Below are positions 13,027 through 26,809 of a stretch of 64,000 nt of DNA, piece by piece; position 1 is the stretch's first letter; each line of letters opens with the position of its first letter. The DNA lies in contig OZ024742.1 of the NCBI GenBank assembly GCA_964016885.1, positions 135,966,001 to 136,030,000 on the forward strand. The letters run 5' to 3'. Both the position numbers and the translations under genes were made by a program. The stretch comes from Eledone cirrhosa (lineage: Eukaryota). Below the pieces are notes generated by a model, which made no database searches, was not told the DNA's origin, and worked only from the letters and a program-made list of their open reading frames with translations.

Positions 13027-14424
13027 ATTTGGTGTGGAATTTACTCGACTTGTTATATGTGAAGGAGATGGTGGTTTGTTGCGGTTTATTTTAGTTTTAT
13101 GGTTGGTTTGATGTGTTGGTGGTATATTCGTGGTTTTCTTTTACATTTATATGCATTGTACGCACTTATATGTTGTTGTATATTTTTGGTAGTGGAGTAG
13201 GAAAATTTGACAGTTGATCTATTTAAAATTTGATGGTATTTATGGTTTGGCGGGAAGTTTTTCTCTAGGATAGTAAAAACATTTTTAGGGATATTATCTT
13301 TAATTTGTAGATTAAATGGAGCATTATACCAAGTAACTCGTCTATTACGGTTTCGATGTCGTTTTTTATATGTATACGATGTATCAGGATGTTTGCTAAG
13401 AGAGTTAGTATTAGTGAATTTATTATATATAGGTTTAGTTAGATTAACAGATTTAGGTGTTTTAGTCTGATTATTAGGAATTTTGTTAGTAATGTTATTA
13501 ACGTATATTGGAGTATTAGGATGAATGGTTTTTTGAAAGTTATTATATTTTATGTGAGTAGAGGTAGAGAAATTCATTTTTAGGTTGGTATTTTGGGGTG
13601 TAGTGTGAGTGGCATTTAGGTGTGTGATTTTCATTTGGTGTTTGTTGGTAATATTGGGTTGTATGTTTGAAGTATCATTGGTGCAAGGTATATAGACTAA
13701 TTTGTTTTTGTGGCCGCTTCTAGCTAAAGCTTCGTTATAAAAGGGCGCATTTTTATCGAATACATCCTGGTTAGATGAGAGGTTAGAAATTCTTAGTGAG
13801 ATATTATATGCTAGGTATTTAAGGATAGATCTAGGGTGATTGGATTGTGAGTAATGTAATGTAAGTTTTGGTTAGGTTTATGGTAAGGTTGGTAGATACC
13901 CGTAGATAAGTCTAAAGTTATATCTAGGAAATTAACTATTTTACTGGTGTTTTCAAATGTAATAGTGAGATTATAATAGTCTTTGAGGAAAGTTCTAATA
14001 AGTTTTTGTTTTTCAGTTTCTGATAGACTAAGGTTAGTGGAAAGAAGAAGACAGTCATCACGATATAAACCACCTTTAAGGTGGGGAAAAGAAGAATGTA
14101 TGTTAATAGAAGAAAGAGGCTCACAAGATCGGTAATTTGGGCAGAATCACTAGAGCCCATAGTAATGTCGAAAAGATTACTATATGTATTTCTGGTCCAG
14201 TATTCCTTCTGAAATTCCAGTAGTGTTTTTCTAGCGTGCGTGATAATATTAATATCATCCATAGTTAAGTTTGATCTATTTTTGGCAAATATCAAGGTTT
14301 TGTTCAGGAGTATGGGTGATATAGAGGGATAATAAGCATCTATATCAAATTGTAGAAATGAAGCAGATGATTTATTTCTAATATTAGTAAACCAGTTAAT
14401 TACTTGGGATGTGTTTTCCCAGAG

Positions 14425-14858
14425 TGGTTACTAATATTAGAAATAAATCATCTGCTTCATTTCTACAATTTGATATAGATGCTCATTATCCCTCTATATC
14501 ACCCATACTCCTGAACAAAACCTTAATATTTGCCAAAAATAGATCAAACTTAACTATGGATGATATTAATATTATCACGCACGCTAGACAAACACTACTG
14601 GAATTTCAGAAGGAATACTGGACCAGAAATACATAGAGTAATCTATTCGACATTACTATGGGCTCTAGTGATTCTGCCCAAATTACCGATCTTGTGGGCC
14701 TCTTTCTTCTATTTAACATAAATTCTTCTTTTCCCCACCTTAAAGGTGGTTTATATCGTGATGACTGTCTTCTTCTTTCCACTAACCTTAGCCTATCAGA
14801 AATTAAAAAAATTAAAAACTTATTAGAACTTTCATCAAAGACTATTATAGTCTCACTA
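14425..14858 (+). mobile_element. Inverted duplicate of Penelope 1 RT segment (fold-back arm)
   Basis: Near-identical reverse complement of 13963-14393 with about 30-nt spacer; encodes FDIDAHYPSI...MGSSDSAQ...GLYRDDCL. Confidence 0.92.
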
Positions 14859-17800
14859 CCGCCTCCCTCTCCCCACACTACCCGCCCCACACCCTTCCAC
14901 CACTTGTTTATCTTCATGTTTATTTGTACCCCTTCCACCGTTTGTCCTCCCCCCCCCCTTTTCTAAATGTCTCTCCACCACTCCCCCACGCACCCTCGTA
15001 ACTCTCCTCCGACCCACTTTACTCCTGAAGAAGGGCTTATGCCCGAAACGCCCCCCCCTACACACACACTCTCAAGAGCGTGAAACTAATAAACCTTTGT
15101 TTGTACTGCCTCTCTGTTTTCTTCCCGTTCCATTTTTCACTATACAATACACGCTCCCATGGCTTCCATACCACCTTGGAATACCACCTTGACTACCGGC
15201 TCAACCCCGTGACCACTCTCTGAACTTTTCCCACACCTCCCACAACCCGTTTTTTCCTTTCTTTGCATTACTTTTTGATTGATTTATTTACTGTATTTGT
15301 TTATTTCTGTCTATGATTTTTTGTCCATGATTTCCTGTGTTTATTTATGATTATGATTTTTTGTCTATGATTTTCCTGTGTATACACTCCTCTCCTTACG
15401 TTATTTATGTTTGATTTTCCCTCCCCGTCTCTGTCTACCTTTCGCACTCACCCCCTCGTTCCCAACCCCCACCCCCGCATCACACACCTCCCTTCTCATT
15501 CCTCCCCTTGCTTTCACTCCACACCCACCATGCCCAACCTGAGATCCTTTCTCCACCAACTCCACACCCGCCTCAAACTTTTACTCACCCCTCCTCCCAC
15601 CCTGCTATCTTCCCTCGGCCCTCCAAATCTCCTACCTTCTCTTCGCCAAAACCCGGCACTCCAGCCACATCCATTTCCTCAGTCGCTGCCTCCACCTCCA
15701 CCTCATCCACCTCGGCTTCAGACTACACTTCTACACCTCCCCCTCCGCTTCCCCCTGCACCCAACGTATCCTCACCCGATCCTCGCACCTCCTAATGCGC
15801 AACTCCCTCCGCTACTCCCGCTCCACCATCCGCAAACTTGACTACCAACTGACCCCCACTCTCCTCCGCCTTAACTCCGCTTGCCACCCCCTCCTCGCCC
15901 ACACCATCCTCCTCTTCATCCAAAACCACAACCACGACCTCTTCTCCTTCCTCATCTCCACCAAAGCCCTTAACCTACACTCACTCCTCTATACCACCAA
16001 CATCCACCACCCCGCCCATCCCTATGACCACCACCCACCACTCCACACCCCTACCCCGTCTGCACCCTCCCCTCCTCCTTCATACACCCAAACCCCACCA
16101 CTTGTTGTCACCATACCCCCTGTCCTCCCCCTCGCCGCACCTGAGCGCTCACTCCTCAGTAGAGGCCTTCGCTTCATACCCCACACTCCGCAGAACGACG
16201 AGTTCCGCACCCGAACGGAAGTCAAGCGATTCGTGCGACACACGAAGCTACAGGCATATTTTCATCAAACGCCACCGGCTCCGAACGCCTCAGACCCGTT
16301 TCTCGCCCTGGGCCGACGACCATCGTCTTGGACACCGGCCTCAGAGCAATTTAGCACCCTGGACGCGTTCGTCGACGCCTGCCGTAGCGCAGTAAATCGC
16401 TTCGACTTCCGCCACCGGTCCAAACGGCATAACATCTCACGGGGCGAACTCCTCGCTCTCCGCTCCCTCCGTAGCCGAGATGACATCGTCAACAAACCGG
16501 CGGACAAGGGAGGCGCCGTGGTGATGTTACGCGCTGACCTCTACACGGTCAAAGCCCTCAGGCAGCGGCGTAACCCCCTCTTCTACCGCCCTCTACCCTT
16601 CCGACCCCACACCCCTCTACCAACAACAAGTTTCCTCCACCATCCAACACCTTGTCTCCTCCTCCCTCCTCCCTCCCACCGCTTCCAACCTCATCGTCCG
16701 CATCGTCCGCACCCCTACTATCTACTTCCTCCCCATACTCCACAAACCCGACAACCTCGGCCGCCCCATCGTCTTTGCTTGCAACTTCCCCACCGAACTC
16801 GACTCCGCCCTTCTTGACTCCATCCTCTCCCTCCTCATCACCACCCTCCCCTCCCACATCTCCGACACCAACCACGCCCTTCGCCTATTCGACTCCTTCA
16901 CTTTCCCACCCGGCCCACAGCCCCTCCTCTTCACCCTAGATATCAAGTCGCTTTATACTGTCATCTCCCACGCCGACGGCCTACGTGACCTCAAGCACTA
17001 CGTCGACCTTCGCCCCTTCCCCATCCCCTCCACCTCCACCCTCCTTCGCCTTACCGAGCTGGTCCTCACCCTCAACTGCTTCTCCTTCTCTGGTGAGTTT
17101 TACCAACAGGTCACGAGGGTAACCATAGGCACAAAATGGGCCCAAACTATGCTAACCTTTTCGTTGGCCATGTTGAGGCCCAAATCTTTGCCCAGTACAC
17201 CTGCCCCACGCCCGAACTGTACGGTCGTTACATCGACGACTGTATCGGAGCCACGACCCTTACCCGAGAACAGCTCGACTCCTTTCTCTCCTTCTTCTGC
17301 TCCTTCCACCCCTCCCTCCACTTCACCACCTCTATCTCCACCACCCACGTCACTTCTTGGACATCTTCGTCCCCTCCCACCACTCCCTCGTCACCTCCAC
17401 CTTCTTCAAACCCACTGACTCCCACTCATACCTAGATTTCACCTCCTCCCACCCTACACACACTAAACACTCTATATCCTACTCCCAACGCCTCAGGCTC
17501 CGCCGCCTCTGCAGCCGAGATGCTGACTTTGTGTCCCAGGCCTTTTCCCTAGTCAGCCATTTCATCCGCAGAGGTTACCCCCCCTTGTCAACACCGCCCT
17601 CACTCGCGCCCGTGCTGTCCACCGCTCCCGTGCTGCCCACCGCACCACCACCACCCTCATTCTGATCTCCCCACCCCTATTCCTTTAGCCTGCGTCCGCC
17701 ACCCCCCACCCACCCCCAACACACAACACATATCCACTAACACCACTAACACACTGCTCCTTTTCACAGCCCACCGCCTTGGCCCACCCCACAACTAACA

Positions 17801-19228
17801 ATACTAACACCCCCACACCCCAACCGACCAGCCTCCCCCAACTAACAAAACTAACTTCCCCACCCCTCCCCCTATCACGTACACACCCACCGGTACATAT
17901 ATACATGCACTCACACTCTTCACACACCCTACTACCACCACTAACCCTCACCCACACATCCACTCCAACCACCCCTCAACTAATACCACTAACATCCCGC
18001 CGACCCCACGCACACGAACACACCCACCCACCCACACCCACTTACACCACCCACTCCACACACCCTACCACCACTGACCCCCACTAACACACCCCCATTC
18101 AACCCTTTCCCCACCACCAGTATACTAACACCCACTAACACCCTCTTCACCACACACACACTAATCCAAACACGCACACACACACCAGTACATTACACTC
18201 CCTCGACCGTCTCCCACACCTTTTCTCTCCCTCTCCCCGCTCCACCCACACCCCTTCACACACACATACACATCCCACTAACACCTCTGGTAATACACAC
18301 CCCACACCCCACATGACCCCCTCCCCACTCCACCTTTCATACCTACCCACCCTCTCCCCTGTCCACCGCACCTCCGCACACACTGACACACTGACTTTCT
18401 CCACCTGCCGTTCTTCTCTACTGCTGCTATGCCTTCTCCTGCCTTGACCCTCTGACCACTTCCTGTTGCGCGCGCACCCCCACATCTCCGCTCTTCCAAC
18501 TACCACAGCCAACGGATTACACAGCATCGGCTATCGTTCCCACTATCCACTCCATAACATGGAAAATATCCGGCACCCCTTAACACCCTCTACGGAACTA
18601 CCTTAGGAACTTACCCACGGACATACACTCACAATTTGTTTTCGAACCACGCCACCTACATCCACAAAACGTATAAACACCAACACACACGTGCGTCCCT
18701 CCACATATATACACACTCAGCCTCTGGAATCCCCTCCCAACCTCCCTCCACCACCCCTCTGACCCCTCCCCATCCACACGCACACACACACCGACCTACA
18801 CCCCACCCCACACACACACACCTTTTCCTGAACATGGAACCTCGTTCTTCCCCCAACTCTCACATTCACATACACACACACACACACATACACTAACACT
18901 ACCTTCAGCCCTCCCCGCTCAGACATCCCGCCTCCCTCTCTCCACTCCACACCCCACCACCCATATCCACCACTTGTTTATCTTCATGTTTATTTTTATT
19001 TTTATTTGTACCCCTTCCACCGTTTTTCCTCCCTTTCCTCTCTCCTCCCCTTTCTTTTCTAAATGTCATTCCACCCACCACCCACCCCAGAACTCTCCTC
19101 CTACCCACTTTTCTCCTGAAGAAGGGCTTATGCCAGAAACGCTCGCCCCCCACACTCTCAAGAGCGTAAAACTAATAAACCTTTGTTTGTACTGCCTCTC
19201 TGTTTTGTTCCGTTCCATTTTTCACTAT
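14859..19228 (+). mobile_element. Penelope-like element 2 (different family), degraded RT between about 290-bp direct pLTRs (14859-15143, 18928-19228)
   Basis: KPADKGGAVV, LFTLDIKSLYT, MGPNYANLFVG, YGRYIDDC and KPTDSHSYLDFTSSHP motifs across frameshifts; both terminal repeats contain ctgaagaagggcttatgcc(c/a)gaaacg. Confidence 0.9.
19112..19170 (+). ncRNA. Degenerate pLTR hammerhead-like motif (second copy at 15021-15082)
   Basis: CTGAAGA, ggc-ttat-gcc stem II, GAAA, acgctc/gagcgt stem III and GTA are present, but stem I does not pair. Confidence 0.4.
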
Positions 19229-19479
19229 ATATATATAAACAAAATTATCTCGAATATCGAGGTTGGATGTGCAAATTTATTTGAATCCGTAAAATAATAA
19301 GAACTTAATGATGCAAGGATGCTGTTAATACAGGAAAATACCGCTAATGAGTGTGTCGGGTAAAATTTACTTGAAAGAATAGAAATTAGCAGCTAGAAGT
19401 GTGTTGACTCGCAGTAGTGATAGGAAGAAAGGTGAAAAGGAAGAAAATGACGAGATCACGCAAACATTTATATACATCA

Positions 19480-20206
19480 TCAGCTTTTAACCGGCTGCGG
19501 TTTCGCATGATTTAATTAAAAGTACGAGATGAAGGTTTCTGAACGGTGGGTGCTACGTCTGATACTTGATAACAAGCGCACAAGGCGTATCACATCTGAC
19601 ATTGTTTGAGGCAGATCCAATGGGTTTCCTTCAACGTTTCCTAACCCAGGATGAGTGTTGGGTTTATCATTTTGAGCCAGAGAAAAAGAGACAATCCATA
19701 CAGTGGAAACACCCCTCCTCACTCGCTTCAAAGAATGCCAAGGTCGATGTATCTCCCCGAAAGAGAATAGCTTCGGTTAGGGGGATACAAAAGGCATGGT
19801 GTTTATTGATTATCTTCAAAAGGGCTACACCAACAATGGAGAGTCCTATGCCTACTTGCTAAGGCAGTTACGAAAGGCCATCAAGACTAAACGCCCAGGA
19901 AATCTGACGATAGGGGTCTTGTTTCATCCGAACGATGCCCCCCGATATCAAAACACACTTGGATGAGAACCAGTATTGCAGTGATGTTGACGTCATATCT
20001 GCGGCTGATGACTTCATGCCTGCAGCTGATTACTTTTTTTTACCAGCGGGGGGAAAGGTTCTTCACCAATGGGATCCAAGCACTGCAACACTGATGGAAG
20101 AAGTGTGTAGGCCCCAATGGAAACTATGTTGAAAAATAAACCTCATTTGGTCACATTCCATGAGAGTATCTTGGTCAGCTAATGACCTTTTCAGCCGGCC
20201 CTCGTA
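19480..20206 (+). mobile_element. Degraded mariner (Tc1/mariner) transposase fragment with right TIR
   Basis: FLQRFLTQDECWVYHFEPEKKRQSIQWKH, FIDYLQKG, LRKAIKTKRPG, WKKCV..NGNYVEK*; ends ttttcagccggccctcgTA. Confidence 0.88.
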
Positions 20207-20310
20207 TTGTATTTATACATGTGCATCTATATATTTATGCACACACACACACACACACTCACACACACACATATATATATATATATATACATATATATAC
20301 ATATATATAT

Positions 20311-20365
<55 letters not shown>

Positions 20366-20594
20366 CACATACATGTATAATGGAAGCTGTTGATTGTGAT
20401 CGCTTTGAGACGGGGCCTTTTAAATAACACAATCCGACTGATGTCATTAATCATAGGATACAACAATACACTAAGAATATTTGGGACCCAACGTGTATAT
20501 GCATGCACGCGCCAATTTGTTAGTTGAGATCAATAAACATACCTAAGTTTATGCTTCCATTATATATATATAATATATATATATATATATTTAT

Positions 20595-20640
<46 letters not shown>

Positions 20641-21139
20641 GTGTGTGTGCGTGTGTGTGCATACGCGTGTGTGAGTGTGAGCGCGCGAGCGTATTGCGTC
20701 AGTAGCCTGCCTTTCAGATAGTCGATTAAAGCAACACATTTCAAACGTATCACAAACATGTCACACACACACACACACATACATGTCACGGACACACATA
20801 CATAAGAGCCTCCGACACACATAATAGTTTATTCGTTAATGAAGTAGCTGTGTTCTAACGCAAGAACAATGCTAAATGGATTGAAGATGAAACGCTTCAA
20901 CTTCGCCTATCACTTCCTGATTAGTTAAGAGAGTTTACTCAAAGAAAGACACTTCTGATAGTAACTCATTAGTTCAAGCAAGCATGTCCTTTTACATCTA
21001 TCAAGCTTTTGCGAAATTTGATCACACATATAGGCAATGTCGAAGTTGTTATTGATGTATGTTTGAGTGAGTCTATTTAGTCGCAAATATTATTGTGTAT
21101 TTATATGTGAGTATGCGTGTGTATATAACTGTGTGTGTG

Positions 21140-21234
<95 letters not shown>

Positions 21235-22103
21235 CTAATGTGTTTGGCTGTTTTGAATGCATGGTCATACTTATTACTGTGCAAAATTTGTAAAGAAATA
21301 AATGCTGAAATGGATGTGAGCGCAGAGAATTGTGAACGTTGATCTATGTGTTTACATGTATTTGTGTATGTGCATGTGTATGAGTAAGTGTTTGCGTATT
21401 CGTGTGCGAGTAAGAAAGTGTATATGTGAAAAAAAAGAGAGAGATAGAAAGTAGGAGTGAAATATATTCTCCGGAATCTGTGTATCAGTATGTATATGCA
21501 AGAAGGGATAGGCATAGAGCGATAGAGCCAATATGATTTTCTGATATTGCTTGCCTAATGTACAAATTGCTTTCTTCCTTGTCTGTGTGTGTATGTGTTT
21601 GTGAGTATATGTATTTTTACTTATAAGTGTCAGTGTGTTTATGCACTTGTGAAAAGGTTCTCATTTTACAGAGTTTGGGTGGTAGATTTAATCTATCGCC
21701 CATATTAATCCCCAAACCTGGTCCCCTGTGTGTCTCTTGTGCAGTCCAACTAACATATTTTAAGCATTTTGTCTAGTTTTCTAGTCTAAATAGCTTCCTC
21801 AATTCTCATACGAATGACGGAGACCCTTAAAAAAACATCATGGGCGTTGTTTCCCCTCACCGATTCAAAAAATAAAAAAGAATTGTAAAGAATTTTCTAA
21901 TTTTCTCATTCCTCAGTCCTTCATAAACTTCACCCATATATCACCCAATCAATCTCTTATCAATCAATTCATCTCTCCGCTTACGAAGTTCTCTATCGAT
22001 CGAGTGATCTGTCATCCAGCCATTCAACTATCAATCCAACTATCTAAATAACTGGCTTTCCTTGTTCTGTGTTCGCCCACGTCGATACTCATACATACAT
22101 GCT

Positions 22104-22499
<396 letters not shown>

Positions 22500-22512
22500 T
22501 ATTTATACTCCA

Positions 22513-22691
22513 TGGATTGGCAGTATCGGTAGAGGGTCGGACGCCATGCTTTCCAGCATAGTTACGTCCCTTTACGATCTGAGTTCAAATCCCGCCGAGG
22601 TTGACTTTGCCTTTCATCCTTACGGGGTCGATAAAATAAAGTACCAGTAATGCACTGGGTAATTGCTGGCCTTGTGCCTAAAGTAGAAACA
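22513..22691 (+). mobile_element. SINE family A, full length with 15-bp target-site duplication
   Basis: attatttatactcca at 22498-22512 and 22692-22706; A box tggcagtatcggt and B box gagttcaaatcc. Confidence 0.93.
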
Positions 22692-22782
22692 ATTATTTAT
22701 ACTCCAGTCCTATAAACTGTTGACTGCTACTTATCCGATATTTGCATTGCTTTATTGTGTTACAATAAAACTCACCTCCTAC

Positions 22783-22822
<40 letters not shown>

Positions 22823-22946
22823 ATGTATGTGTATATATGTATATTTATAAATATATACTGATATATGTATATATGTTCGTGTACGTACGTATGCATACTT
22901 ACATACACACACACACACACATATATATAAATATACATATATATAC

Positions 22947-22994
<48 letters not shown>

Positions 22995-23024
22995 ATTTAT
23001 ATACATATATATATATACATATAT

Positions 23025-23645
23025 ACCTTCTTCTTTTCCCACTTATTCCTAAGATGGTCGTGGGGACAGAGTTCTCAAAGACTCCTTCCAGCGGGACTCG
23101 TCAGAAACAACTGTCTCCAACTGATCTGGCTGGATCCCCAAGCGAAACTAGCAAAGCCTATGGATGTCATCCAGGTCGTTCTCGGGGTTTACTCCTTGTT
23201 CTCCTGCCGGTTGGTTTTGCCCGTAAAATCTGTCCCCGCGAGTCTTTCCTGAAACATTCTATCCCCATGCATATAGCATCGGAGCTATGATCTCTCAATT
23301 TGGAGAAGTAGCCTGCTCGAAAAATGTACTGCTGACCCCATTTCATGCCGCAAAAACTGACGATGGGCCTGCGACCTGTCCTGGTACGTGTGGAATGGAC
23401 GCCCAAAGATTACGTATCATGAGACCCTAAAGAAGGTTCGGAAGGGAGCAAACCTTGACAATTAGAATCTGGAACATCACAATCCTTACAATTGAGTAGC
23501 AGGAATTATGTGGAGGAGGCTAAATGCTACCGGCTAGATATAGTAGGGTTTCCTCAACAAAGTTCCGTAGCTCTGGTACTATAGATTTGGATGGAGGTTG
23601 GAAACTCTACTATTCAGATGTGGCGCCAGAAATGACAGCACGGGC
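23025..23645. mobile_element. RTE-clade LINE fragments: 3' end on minus (about 23025-23300) and endonuclease start on plus (about 23420-23645)
   Basis: Minus QILRAKPTGRRTRSKPR resembles the RTE ORF C-terminus; plus IWNITIL...STKFRSSGTIDLDGGWKLYYSDV resembles the RTE APE N-terminus. Confidence 0.65.
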
Positions 23646-23689
23646 GCACACTAGCCCTCTGTTTCGACGACTACTAGATCTTCGGATCT

Positions 23690-24044
23690 CTTATTTGGCC
23701 GGTAATGGGAGGTAGAGTAGCAGTGCCGTTTAGGAAAGGCCTGGATCTCGAGGTATGGGCGGGCTATCTTCCTAGACCCAGATGATAAGTTGGTGATCCT
23801 GAACGTGAGCAATAGCGAAGGTGGTGCCTTTAGACTGGTGGCCAGATTTCTTTAGGCACCTGGAAGCTTTTCTAGGAACGTCGCGCCCGATTACTGTTAC
23901 TGGAGGCATTGAGACCAGGTCACCACAATAGTTAAGCGTAAGATGACAGGTGGTGTCGTGAACAACAGGTGGTCAAGTTCTCTCTCTCACTCGAGAGAGA
24001 GAGTTAACGAGAGAGAGGGACATAGAGAGAGAGAGGGAGAGAGA

Positions 24045-24081
<37 letters not shown>

Positions 24082-24099
24082 TTAACGAGAGAGAGGGAC

Positions 24100-24140
<41 letters not shown>

Positions 24141-26802
24141 CGTCAATAGAATTCAACAAACAAGTAGCAATAAAAAAAATAGAAAGGAGGGAAAACTGAT
24201 AGCTAAATTAGAAGAGGCGATTAGAAGTGGCATTACAACTGACGTGCTAGCGGTGAGAATGGCTTTAGTCGCAGCGTAGTAAGACCCAACGATTCAGGCT
24301 TTGACGGACCGAAATGAACACGTGTTGAATGATTCCAGGTAGATGTGTGCGGCCTTTCGCCAGCACGTCGCTCACTGTTGAGGGAGGGCCGGTGGTCTGT
24401 GACGGTGGCGGTTATCAATTCCTACTGTCTAACAGGTACCGACTAGATTTCCTTAATACGCCAATGAGGACCTGAACCAACCCCATAGTTTCATCTAGTT
24501 AGATCGTATATAGATAAATGTTCTTTTGTTTGTTTTTTGTTAGAACTGTAGATAAGGATAGTATACGTTGTCCACATTTTCAAATGGTCGCCTCTTCAGA
24601 TCATTAATTCGTTATCTGCATGGTCGACATATGTATAAATTATAGGCTAGGAGCTGATTACTCGAAGCTCAACATGCCATTCCAGGTACCTAGAGCTTAC
24701 AGGGACCAGGTCATCACTTTAGTTAAGTGTAAGTTAACAGGGGAGGGGTTGTCAACAACAGGTGGTGTGGTGCTTTCAAGAGAAATATTAGAGAAGTGTT
24801 AATATGTTTTAGTAAAAGAAACGTTAGAAAAAAATAGAACGGGGTCGGGGTCTGGTAGTTAAATGAGACGAGGTGATTAGAAGGGGTATTGCAACTGATA
24901 TGCTAGAATGTTATTAGACCATTTCTTCAATACAAAACACGAAGGCTGCATTGTCAGAGCTATGCTACATGCTCTAAGAAACGAGGAAACTAAAGCTGCT
25001 CGATGGGCTCGTGTGGCGGAGGCACTACCTGGCAAGAAAACCATGATTTTGCCTTTGACGAACCGAGACGAACATATATTGACCGATTCCAGGAAGATGT
25101 GTGCGGCCTTTCGCTAGTACTTTCCTTGGCTTCGGGAAGGCGGGAATCGGTGACGGTGGTGGACTCCAGTTCCTACAGCGACTTTTGCCAGCCGATGTTG
25201 GGTGCTGTGAGAAGCCTATATCATCAGCCGAGATTCATGATGCTCCGGACTGTTTCACGAGGTGCAAGTCACCCAGTTTACAGAAATTCCAGACTAGTTA
25301 AGTTCGTAGTGGTCTACGGTAACTGACAGCGGAAGGGGAGAGCATTCCCAGTTCTGTGAACCGGAGCGTAGTAACGCTGTTGAGGAAAGACAAGAACAAA
25401 AGGGATACTTTAGACAATTTCAGGCCCATAACTCTGTTAAACACAGAGGTTAAGATTTTGACAAAGGTGTTAGCAAGGACGTTGGTGCATGCCGTCGGTG
25501 GTTTGGTAGGTGAGGCGCAAAGTCGGGTGGATGTGGTAAACGCGTACATCGTGTCCGCCGTCATCTACTACCGCCTGACTGTCGTGACTTGACCCCGTTC
25601 GGGCCTGACCAAATTGGAACGTCTGCTCTTCTGCTTCTGTGGAAGGGACAGTTTCCATTGGTAAGGCGATCAATCTGCTGCCAACAATATCTACGCGGAG
25701 GGCTGGGCATGCCGTGTCTAATGATGCGTATATATGCACTGAGGCTACGGCGTTTTCGGATATTCTTAAACAGCAAACAGGTGTGATCGCCGTTTGTGAG
25801 ACAGGCCTTCCCACACTTCGTCTCTTTGACTGAGCTGCAGTCATGAGTTATGAAATGACCGAGACTGGGCGCTTGGCATTTGGAATCTTGCCAGGCGCTC
25901 GCTACCCTCCACAATGCGGGCAATGCGGTCAGTGGAAATTCCACTCATGAGTTCTACAAAGGATTAATGGTGGGCAAATGCGACAACGCTCTTGCAGAGG
26001 GTCTGACGTCGACGAAATTGAAAAGTCTGTTCCGGAGGACTCTCGTGCTCTCCGTGAGTATGAATAACTTCCATAACATGTCAGTGCTACGGGGGGGGGG
26101 GCACTTCCGGTTCGAGATAAAGTCTACAAGCACGGAATTGCTATCAGACGGACCTGCCCGAGATACGCGTAGACCGACGAAATTCTCCACGCACTCATCC
26201 AGTCCCCGTACATTACTGACTTGTGGAGTTATGTCGAACAGCTGATATCACGTGTAAGACGGATCCGGCTATCGGCCGAGTCCATAGTGAAGATCGCCCC
26301 ACCGCCCTCTTTTGGCTGGGAAGGACAGGCAATGTTCCTGTCAGGTGGCCATAGCAAAAAAGTTTGTGTGGGGGACCAACATGAAAGGACTGAAGACAGA
26401 CAATTTTCTCTTCGGTCAATCCCTTATCAACCGTTTCATGTTTCACTTGGAAAGGAAGGTGGGGTAGAGAGAGAAGTGCTGCCCTCCAGTACATTGTTAA
26501 AAGTTGGCTGGATGTGGCAAGAATGACCCGTTTGAATGGGCTTACATTGAGCATGCACCTGTAGGCTGGTTTATTTGAGAATGAGAGTGGTGCCCTTCCT
26601 GAGGAATCTCGAAGCGTCGGGTGGATCAGAATTGGTGGGGTACCTGAGTGTCCCCAGGAGGGTTCTCCTCCTATTGGAGAATGCGGTTGTTTGTATTTTT
26701 TATTGTTTATTGTTAGTGTTGTATTTATTTTTTCGTAATCCCCCACTGTCCCTGTCTGTTTGTATTGTCCCCTATGTGTAGGCATTTGTGGCCAAAGAAG
26801 AA
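23690..26802 (+). mobile_element. Degraded Tx1/L1-clade LINE copies (two overlapping fragments, (GA)n insertion, RT core deleted)
   Basis: Collinear with the minus-strand copy: GAFRLVA, VNNRW, KHEGCIVRA, VVTLLRKD...NFRPITLLN...KILTKVLA, then YYRLTVV, GGLGMP and the 3'UTR. Confidence 0.88.
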
Positions 26803-26809
26803 AGAATTG

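Larger units (their letters stand above)
11541..14421 (-). mobile_element. Penelope-like element 1, 5'-truncated and disrupted (RT plus GIY-YIG plus 3' pLTR)
   Basis: RT motifs FLQFDIDAYYPSI, FDITMGSSDSAQITDLV and a frameshifted GLYRDD; RNRRVTWYNAPFN linker; GIY-YIG domain; hammerhead-bearing 3' end abutting (TG)n/(TA)n. Confidence 0.92.

Noticed and set aside
15021-15082. Active hammerhead in the 5' pLTR of Penelope 2
   Set aside because: Core boxes and stem II are present, but stem III is degraded to poly-C, the site reads GTG and stem I does not pair
17685-18925. GIY-YIG or other coding region of Penelope 2
   Set aside because: C/A-rich low-complexity sequence with no recognisable endonuclease motifs
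22513-22600. tRNA gene
   Set aside because: The A and B boxes belong to a multicopy SINE head with body, tail and TSD; no proper cloverleaf
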